64,000 nt of DNA from Candidatus Woesearchaeota archaeon (GTDB lineage Archaea > Nanobdellota > Nanobdellia > Woesearchaeales > 0-14-0-80-44-23), in NCBI GenBank assembly GCA_038874135.1, contig JAVZCZ010000001.1:352001-416000 (forward strand). The letters are read 5' to 3'. Positions 57,730 to 64,000 of the stretch are shown piece by piece; position 1 is the first letter of the stretch; each line of letters begins with the position of its first letter. The position numbers and the translations under genes are program-made. Below the pieces are notes generated by a model, which was given only the letters and a program-made list of their open reading frames with translations, was not told the origin of the DNA and made no database searches.

Positions 57730-59064
57730 TCATATCCAGATGCGCTGCCCGTTCTGCATGAGATGTACATTTCTTCCGAGAGTGTACCCCATGCTTCCTG
57801 CGAGGTTGGAAAGTGCTGAGGTCATCTGAAGGTCGCCGTGAGCGGGAATTATGTGCTCAGGCTTTGTCATGCTTATGAGGTCTCTTTGGTCCTCCTTGGA
57901 AGCGTGTCCCGATACGTGTATTCCTTTGAAAATTCTGACATCCAGCTGTGAAAGCTTGTATTCCAGAATGTCCCTGTTGGCTATATTTACAGGTGTGGGT
58001 ATGACATTGCATGAGAATATTACAAGGTCTTCCCTTCTGAGCTTTAGGGGAAGCTGCCCGTTAGCTATCTTTGATAGTACAGAGTTTGGTTCGCCCTGAT
58101 GGCCTGTTGTTACGAGTAGGTACTTGTTTCTGTGCGGCGATTCTGAAATCTTTTTTAGCCCCTTCTTTATCTCGTCTCCGTATTGGAGTATTGTAGCATT
58201 TCTTGAAAACTTTATCAGGTTGAGCTTCTCAGCAGCCCTTATGTACTTAGCCAGATTCCTGCCTGCAAATATTACCTTTCTACCCATCTTCTGGCCCATT
58301 TCCAGTATTGAGCTCAGTCTTGCGATGTGGCTGGAGAAAGTGCTTATTACTATAAGGTTGTTCTGGTTTTCAGTGCCGAATAGTACGTCTCTGAGCATTT
58401 CACGGGCAACTGCTTCTGAAGGGGTCTTTCCCGGCTGTTCGGCTCTGGTGCAGTCCATTATGAGAGCCTTCACTCCTTCTCTGCCAAGCTCTTTAAGCCT
58501 TTTTATGTTGGTGGTTTTTCCTATTACTGGAAATGAGTCAAACTTATAGTCGTTAGCGTAAAGTATTGTGCCCTCTTTTGTGTGCAGGGCTATCATCGCA
58601 GTTTGAGGCGTGGAGTGCGTGGCGTGTATGAACTCTGCTTCAATATTTTTTGAGATTCTTATACGAGAGTTTGTATTAACTATTCTTTTCGGATTTTTTA
58701 TGCTCTTCTTCTGGTCGTGAAGTATGCTGTTTAACACCTCAATAGTGTAGGGTGTCCCGATTATTGGGGCGTTGTAGGAAGATGCCATGAACGGCAGTGC
58801 TCCCAAGTGGTCAAGGTGAGCGTGAGTTGGGATTATCGCCTTAACCTGGCTTCGCAGCTCTTTCAAGACTGAATCGTCGGGAACTGCACCCATTCTTATG
58901 AGTTCTGATATTCCTAATTTTTCAATCTCCTCTTCACCGCTGTATGAGGTGTACTTCTCAACATGAAGTCCCATGTCCAGGATTACTACTTCATCTCCTA
59001 CTCTTATGGCAGTCATGTTTCTGCCAACTTCGTTGTATCCGCCTATTGCGTAAATTTCTATCAT
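57730..59064 (-). CDS. rnj: Ribonuclease J (beta-CASP)
   Basis: 'GGYNEVGRNMT', 'THAHLDHLG', 'THS', 'STFSSHIAR', 'HVSGHA', 'PAHG'. Confidence 0.96.
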   Translation of the reverse strand: MIEIYAIGGYNEVGRNMTAIRVGDEVVILDMGLHVEKYTSYSGEEEIEKLGISELIRMGAVPDDSVLKELRSQVKAIIPTHAHLDHLGALPFMASSYNAPIIGTPYTIEVLNSILHDQKKSIKNPKRIVNTNSRIRISKNIEAEFIHATHSTPQTAMIALHTKEGTILYANDYKFDSFPVIGKTTNIKRLKELGREGVKALIMDCTRAEQPGKTPSEAVAREMLRDVLFGTENQNNLIVISTFSSHIARLSSILEMGQKMGRKVIFAGRNLAKYIRAAEKLNLIKFSRNATILQYGDEIKKGLKKISESPHRNKYLLVTTGHQGEPNSVLSKIANGQLPLKLRREDLVIFSCNVIPTPVNIANRDILEYKLSQLDVRIFKGIHVSGHASKEDQRDLISMTKPEHIIPAHGDLQMTSALSNLAGSMGYTLGRNVHLMQNGQRIWI

Positions 59065-59277
59065 ATTATTTCACTTCCTTTTCAGATCATTGTGTCAATC
59101 CTTACCTATTTTTATTTTTTCTTTATTTTTATCTTTCTTTTGAAAATTTTTTAAGATTATAAGTTTCTTATGCCTCTTTTTTTATAGTTTAGATGCGATT
59201 AGAAGAAGCCCTATTCTTAAAAAACTTAAAAAGTGGAAATGCCGTGCAATTTAAAAATGTATCGGAAAAGATGTTAA

Positions 59278-59352
<75 letters not shown>

Positions 59353-59434
59353 ATTTCTTAAAGGAGTCCTAGTTCTCCTTTAAAAATATTGCTCTCAGCC
59401 AGTTCAAAAAAAGAAGAAAAAGATAAAGCAAAAA

Positions 59435-59487
59435 TGAAAAATTGCAGGAAGGGAAAGATAGCCCGCTAAGCCTTCCTGCATTTTTCA
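59435..59487 (-). terminator. Long hairpin followed by a U-rich tract downstream of dacZ
   Basis: TGAAAAA(T)TGCAGGAAGG/CCTTCCTGCATTTTTCA; the minus strand continues with TTTTGCTTTATCTTTTTC. Confidence 0.55.
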
Positions 59488-59534
59488 GCATGAATCGCTT
59501 GAGTTTTCTTTTGACTTTTGACATTCAGACCACT

Positions 59535-60803
59535 TTAGAGGCGCATCATTATCTGCCCGCCCTTAAATATTCTGATCTGGCCTCCTGACTGGCTAAGTAC
59601 CACTGCAATGCTTTTTGTGAGCTTTGTTATTGCTGCGCAGCTCCTATGTCTCGTTCCCAGCCCGCTGAGCGCGTCTGATATCTCCTTGTCTACATTTACA
59701 TTTAGGTAGGTGCCTGCTGAAACTATCGTTCCATTCTTATCCACTATGAAGACTCCGTCCAGCTGTGCAAAGCTCTTAATAGTATCTCTAAGGGATGGGT
59801 CTGTTATCTTCTTTTGCTCGTCAGGTAGAGATTGGAATGGGTTTATTATCATCTGCTTAGTATATTGGGCTATCTCATCCTTATCCCCTATAATGAAGGC
59901 AGTGCCTATCGGCTTTCCTTCAAAGCCCTCTCTACCTATATCCACTGCAATTCCTATTACTGCTTCCAGGATGTCAGGGCTGACTATATCAGTAAGATGA
60001 GTCATGCTTATGTTGAAGAATATGTTGTCCACATCAAATATGAAGAGCATTCCCTTGTAGCCCAAGCCGATGCTCTCATTTTCTACACAGACCACCCTGT
60101 CGCCCTTCTTTATGTACTCACGCTTTATCGCCTCTGTTAGAAGCTCCTTTACAGGTATTATGGAGCCCTGCAGCATCTTTTTCATTTTTGTCCTATAAGC
60201 CACTTTTTTGTATGAGTTGTTTCTTCCCTTCCTGAATATGACCACTTCAACATCTAAGCAGTTGTCTTCAATTCCTCCTGAGAGGTCCGGCTTTCTCTCA
60301 ACTGAAACTATGCAGTTTGCCCCGACATCCTTTCCAATATTTGTTGCGGCCAGGCCTATTACTTCGTCTATGTTTTTTATCTTGTTGTTTATCAGGTCCT
60401 CGCTTACTGAAGATACGCCTATCTCGTACTGTTCTCCTCCTGAGGATCCAACTGTGGCTAAGCATTCTGCACTTGAGGTTTGAGCTGCGGTTTGTTGCTG
60501 AAGACCTTCTAAGCTAGCATCCTGTTTTTGTTGCGGCTCTGACTCTTGAGATTGTGCCTGTACCATCTCATTTTGAGTTGTTGAAAATTGTGCAGTTGTT
60601 CTTTTTTCCTGCTCTGTACTTGGAGAAAGGTACATTACTAGTTTTCTCTGATCATAAAGACGTTTTACAGCATCCACTGCCATTCCGAATATTGAGTTTT
60701 TGGTGTAAACAACAGGATCTGCCGAATCGCTCCTTTCAGAGGGCTGTTTTAAAAGTTTAAGCCCCTTAGGGATATTTGACTCTGCCTTTTTTAATTTCAG
60801 CAT
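59535..60803 (-). CDS. dacZ: Diadenylate cyclase (DacZ-like, DisA_N domain) with a disordered N-terminal extension
   Basis: 'GREGFEGKPIGTAF', 'FAQLDGVF', 'GLGTRHR', 'LSQSGG'; start placed at the ATG at 60803 after a GGGGG RBS. Confidence 0.88.
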   Translation of the reverse strand: MLKLKKAESNIPKGLKLLKQPSERSDSADPVVYTKNSIFGMAVDAVKRLYDQRKLVMYLSPSTEQEKRTTAQFSTTQNEMVQAQSQESEPQQKQDASLEGLQQQTAAQTSSAECLATVGSSGGEQYEIGVSSVSEDLINNKIKNIDEVIGLAATNIGKDVGANCIVSVERKPDLSGGIEDNCLDVEVVIFRKGRNNSYKKVAYRTKMKKMLQGSIIPVKELLTEAIKREYIKKGDRVVCVENESIGLGYKGMLFIFDVDNIFFNISMTHLTDIVSPDILEAVIGIAVDIGREGFEGKPIGTAFIIGDKDEIAQYTKQMIINPFQSLPDEQKKITDPSLRDTIKSFAQLDGVFIVDKNGTIVSAGTYLNVNVDKEISDALSGLGTRHRSCAAITKLTKSIAVVLSQSGGQIRIFKGGQIMMRL

Positions 60804-60856
60804 CTTTTCCCCCAATCTCGTTTTGTTCAAATGTGAATTTTGTGAGCGTGAAAATG

Positions 60857-60913
60857 ATTTGGCTCCCTAATTGTGGGGTGGGGTGGAGCAAAGAAGCAGT
60901 TAGGGAGCCAAAT
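60857..60913. other. 14-bp perfect-stem hairpin upstream of dacZ
   Basis: ATTTGGCTCCCTAA/TTAGGGAGCCAAAT with a 29-nt loop that is G-rich on + and C-rich on -. Confidence 0.65.
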
Positions 60914-60929
60914 TCAACATGCTTCAATG

Positions 60930-61343
60930 CTATTTTTCAGGCTTTATCTGGTGAGCAGGCCTGTCAACCTCTCTCAGCCACATCAGGCCTATGGAAACCA
61001 TCTCGTTGTTGAACCTTTTTGATATTCTGTATGTTTTCTTGTAAAGGTCGTAGTCTATCATTCCCATACTCTTCATTGGAGTAAGTATCCTATCGTAAAA
61101 CTGTCTCTTGTTGTATGAGACCTTTACCTTTTTTCCTGCGAATGGGGGCTCTTTTATTGTAGTGATGAGCTGTCCCTCGTGGAGCTTTGTGGCGAACATT
61201 GACATTTCTGTTTTGCCAATCTCGCCGCCGTTATCCTTCATGTATTCTATTATGAGTTTTGCCACGATTACCTGCTGCTTTGTGGCAAATATTATCTCAT
61301 ATATGTCTTCCGGAAGGTTGAACCTATCAAATAATATGACCAT
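60930..61343 (-). CDS. Conserved hypothetical protein (possible winged helix)
   Basis: 137-aa ORF with a TATA box ~25 nt upstream; 'FYDRILTPMKSMGMIDYD..KKTYRIS'. Confidence 0.75.
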   Translation of the reverse strand: MVILFDRFNLPEDIYEIIFATKQQVIVAKLIIEYMKDNGGEIGKTEMSMFATKLHEGQLITTIKEPPFAGKKVKVSYNKRQFYDRILTPMKSMGMIDYDLYKKTYRISKRFNNEMVSIGLMWLREVDRPAHQIKPEK

Positions 61344-61450
61344 AAAAGGATTAAAGCACTACTAATATATAAATATTACTATTTTGTATACTAATAGTGA
61401 AAATATTAAAAATTGGGCTTGTTGCTAACTAGCCAAAGAAATTTAAAAGC

Positions 61451-61594
61451 TCAGTTGGAAAAATCCTCACACTCTAAAACCTCAATTGAGAAGTCCTCAC
61501 TCCCATCAGAAGAAACATACTTAGAAAAATATGCGCAACTTGCCCTCTTTAAACACGAGCTGCATAAAGAAGAGCTTGCTTGCTTGGATTTCAT
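61451..61594 (-). CDS. 47-aa Cys-rich small protein
   Basis: MKSKQASSSLCSSCLKRASCAYF...ECEDF; TTTAAA box upstream; the longer ORF call runs through two tRNAs. Confidence 0.55.
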   Translation of the reverse strand: MKSKQASSSLCSSCLKRASCAYFSKYVSSDGSEDFSIEVLECEDFSN

Positions 61595-61666
61595 CAAAAT
61601 TAAATTATGGCTGTCGTTTAAATATTTTTTGATTTTTGAAAAAAGTAGAAAAAAGCGAAGTAAGAG

Positions 61667-61740
61667 TGGGCCCGCGGAGATTTGAACTCCGGACCACTCG
61701 ATTATCAGTCGAGCACTCCACCAGGCTGAGCTACGGGCCC
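61667..61740 (-). tRNA. tRNA-Ile(GAT)
   Basis: GGGCCCG/CGGGCCC acceptor; anticodon arm CTCGA-CTGATAA-TCGAG. Confidence 0.95.
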
Positions 61741-61743
61741 GGA

Positions 61744-61815
61744 TGCGTCGGCCGGGATTCGAACCCGGATAGGCGGCTTGGAAGGCCGCAATCATAGCCG
61801 TTAGATCACCGACGC
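61744..61815 (-). tRNA. tRNA-Gly(TCC)
   Basis: GCGTCGG/CCGACGC acceptor; anticodon arm GCGGC-CTTCCAA-GCCGC; 3-nt spacer to tRNA-Ile. Confidence 0.95.
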
Positions 61816-61873
61816 GTTTTCATTCTGAAATTTGGCAGGCGTATTTAAATCTTACGCGGAATAGTCAGAGATT

Positions 61874-64000
61874 CTAACCCATCGTTATTCCTGAGGTTGA
61901 AACCTGCATTATCTTTGAAGCCACCAGGTTAAAGATTATTATTACTGCAAGGGACAAAAGGGTGTAAAGTATGACGCTCTTAGGCATCTCAGTGCCCAAA
62001 GCGTATCTTTCTCCTAAAGAATCAGCCCCCCTTTCAATGCCGTTAGATATGACTATGAGTATGTAGGTAACTTCAACAAGGTAGATGCCAACAATGAGCT
62101 GAAAGTAGTATGGGGGAATTCCATCACCGAACATTCCTGACATAGCATTCATGCTTCCAAGTTCTCCACTTCCAGCCTGCTGCTCCCTAAGCGTTTGAGC
62201 AAGTCCTCCTAATATTGTCGTAATCATAGAAGTTATCCCAACAACAATGCCCGCTATTGCCGGAGTTAGGAAGGATATCTGAGACTTCATTGAGGAAAGG
62301 ATATCTGCCAATAGGTCTTTCAAGCGCTCATCCACCCTGTGTATCTGCTTTATGTACTCTGCCACGTTCATCAAAGACTGGGAAACAACGAGAGGTCCTT
62401 TCTTAGCGCTTTCTATGAGCACCTTCATTGAACTCTCTATCATGTTAGAAGGATACTTCTTTATTGCCCCAACCCTGGGATCAAAGATTGCCTGGGCAAC
62501 ACCCATTCCGAGCTTTCTTATGTTTATGCTTACCAGCTCAAAGAAGTTTCCAGAAGGAGTGCCCTTCATTATCTCAGCAACCTTGCCGCAGGCGAGCTCT
62601 ATTGGAAGGCCATCTCCAACCCTGTTTCCGAGCTGGAAGAGTGCAGAGGCGAACTCGTCCTCTAACTTTCTAGCGTTTTCCCTTATCTTTATCAGGTTCC
62701 TGGATCTAATTAGATAGTAAAGCCCGATTGAGAGTCCAAGTCCCAGCGGGATAAATAGGCTGAGTATTGTCGCTCCAATCCCATAAGGGCCAACTATCGC
62801 ATCCTTGTTCACAGCATTCTTATTAAGCGTCTGTCTGTATCCTAAGAAGGGAAGCCCGAACAGGTTAAAATCAAATTCCGGATTTAAGGCGTGTATCACT
62901 AGCGGGCTTATGCCTATGAGCAGACATATTGAGAAAGTAAGCACAGCGACAAACAGCGGGCTTAGTACATATTCAATGTTTCCAACCTTCACTATCACAT
63001 TCTCATAGTATTTCATCTTAGGATTCTCAGCAGAGATGTCTACATCTCCATAGCCGGTAGGCCTTGTGGATAGTATGCTCTTGCCCAGGTAATAAACTGC
63101 AAGCGGCAGGATGATGTTATAAAGAAGGGCGATGTGATACCACTTCACTCCTTCCATGAATGAAACCACAAGCGGCAATATGACAAGTCCCAGAATTGGC
63201 AGTATAATCCCTAACATGTGCAGCATGGTAATTGGAGACTTAAGATTGTGAGCGTAGTGAAGCATCCTTTCATAAGTCTCATCTAATATCAAAGAGAGCG
63301 ACCTGTCAAGTAGGTTTAAACGCCTATCCTCAGAACTCTCATAGAGGGAACTCTCAATAAGGTGGAATGCCTCTACAAATTCCATATTCCACTTCTTCCA
63401 GGTTTCAAAATACTCATCTAGAGACTCCTTTACAGAGGGATATTTTCCGCTTTCAACATTCCATAGAATCTTTTTTATGTCAATAGAAAGCGGGGGAGCG
63501 AGATGCTCTGAAGCGAAGTTAAGAGATAGTTCCAGATTTGAAGTATGCCTCATATAGGTTACAACATAAAAGACGCAAAGCACCATCTGATTACTAGCCC
63601 TCATCCTCCAGTTGTTAGCCAGCAGTTCAGGAATCTTTTGCAGGAAAAAGAATGCGCTTGCAGCTAAAACGAAGAAAAGAAGTAACAGAAACATTGAATT
63701 GAAAAGCAGCAGTCCAAATATTAAACCTGTTAAAAGTATAGCCACAGGGTATAAGATGGATGCACTTATGACTCCTGATGGAGTTATGTTGAGATGGCAT
63801 ATATTAATGTATTCGTTCAGCTCAGCTTCTGTCTTCTTGTCTGCGGATATGTGAATTGTTCGTTCAGCAAGCACGCAGAGCTTTTCAAAAAGGGTGTACT
63901 GAGCGGGCATGTTCTCCCGTTTAAACTCTGCATACTGCCTAGAAGTAAGCTTCTGAGCGGAAGCGTTATTTGCCTCATATGCTGAGTCCTGCCCGAACTG
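61874..64000 (-). CDS. Double-domain T2SS-F/FlaJ-like membrane protein, 5' end beyond the window
   Basis: 'LEDEFASALFQLGNRVGDGLPIE' GspF-like repeat and many TMs; the frame is open from 64000 to the ATG at 63910 (QFGQDSAY...KRENM). Confidence 0.85.
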   Translation of the reverse strand, partial: QFGQDSAYEANNASAQKLTSRQYAEFKRENMPAQYTLFEKLCVLAERTIHISADKKTEAELNEYINICHLNITPSGVISASILYPVAILLTGLIFGLLLFNSMFLLLLFFVLAASAFFFLQKIPELLANNWRMRASNQMVLCVFYVVTYMRHTSNLELSLNFASEHLAPPLSIDIKKILWNVESGKYPSVKESLDEYFETWKKWNMEFVEAFHLIESSLYESSEDRRLNLLDRSLSLILDETYERMLHYAHNLKSPITMLHMLGIILPILGLVILPLVVSFMEGVKWYHIALLYNIILPLAVYYLGKSILSTRPTGYGDVDISAENPKMKYYENVIVKVGNIEYVLSPLFVAVLTFSICLLIGISPLVIHALNPEFDFNLFGLPFLGYRQTLNKNAVNKDAIVGPYGIGATILSLFIPLGLGLSIGLYYLIRSRNLIKIRENARKLEDEFASALFQLGNRVGDGLPIELACGKVAEIMKGTPSGNFFELVSINIRKLGMGVAQAIFDPRVGAIKKYPSNMIESSMKVLIESAKKGPLVVSQSLMNVAEYIKQIHRVDERLKDLLADILSSMKSQISFLTPAIAGIVVGITSMITTILGGLAQTLREQQAGSGELGSMNAMSGMFGDGIPPYYFQLIVGIYLVEVTYILIVISNGIERGADSLGERYALGTEMPKSVILYTLLSLAVIIIFNLVASKIMQVSTSGITMG

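Noticed and set aside
61451-61795. 114-aa ORF from the track
   Set aside because: Its 5' part overlaps two clear tRNA genes; only the last 47 codons are plausible as a gene.

Overview
A 64-kb gene-dense chromosomal segment of a DPANN-type archaeon, most likely Woesearchaeota or a close relative. This placement is inferred from archaeal information genes (Nop5, fibrillarin, aIF-1A, NMD3, Hef), a fused PriS-PriL primase and four archaeal-style tRNAs without encoded CCA, alongside bacterial-type genes (metK, gyrA, RluB-like synthase, lspA, yhaM, Ddl-like ligases). The window holds a type IV/Tad-like pilus locus, an SMS-type (SufCB) Fe-S operon led by a Cys-containing HTH regulator with its own palindrome, a KamA + two ATP-grasp ligase operon behind a structured leader with a short ORF, a diadenylate cyclase, and many housekeeping genes. 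I saw no CRISPR array, integrase, transposase or rRNA. The main unexplained signals are: (i) a ~97-nt three-way-junction RNA after an unannotated RHH gene, carrying 12 nt (loop plus part of the closing stem) that are perfectly complementary to the dacZ ribosome-binding region 22 kb away; (ii) the beta-lysine/ATP-grasp operon with its leader; (iii) an EndoIV-like TIM barrel with a very large helical insertion and a neighbouring unknown gene; (iv) a Hel308 lacking its ATPase domain; and (v) anti-SD-type structures in front of metK and dacZ. All assignments come from reading motifs by eye; no database searches were run.
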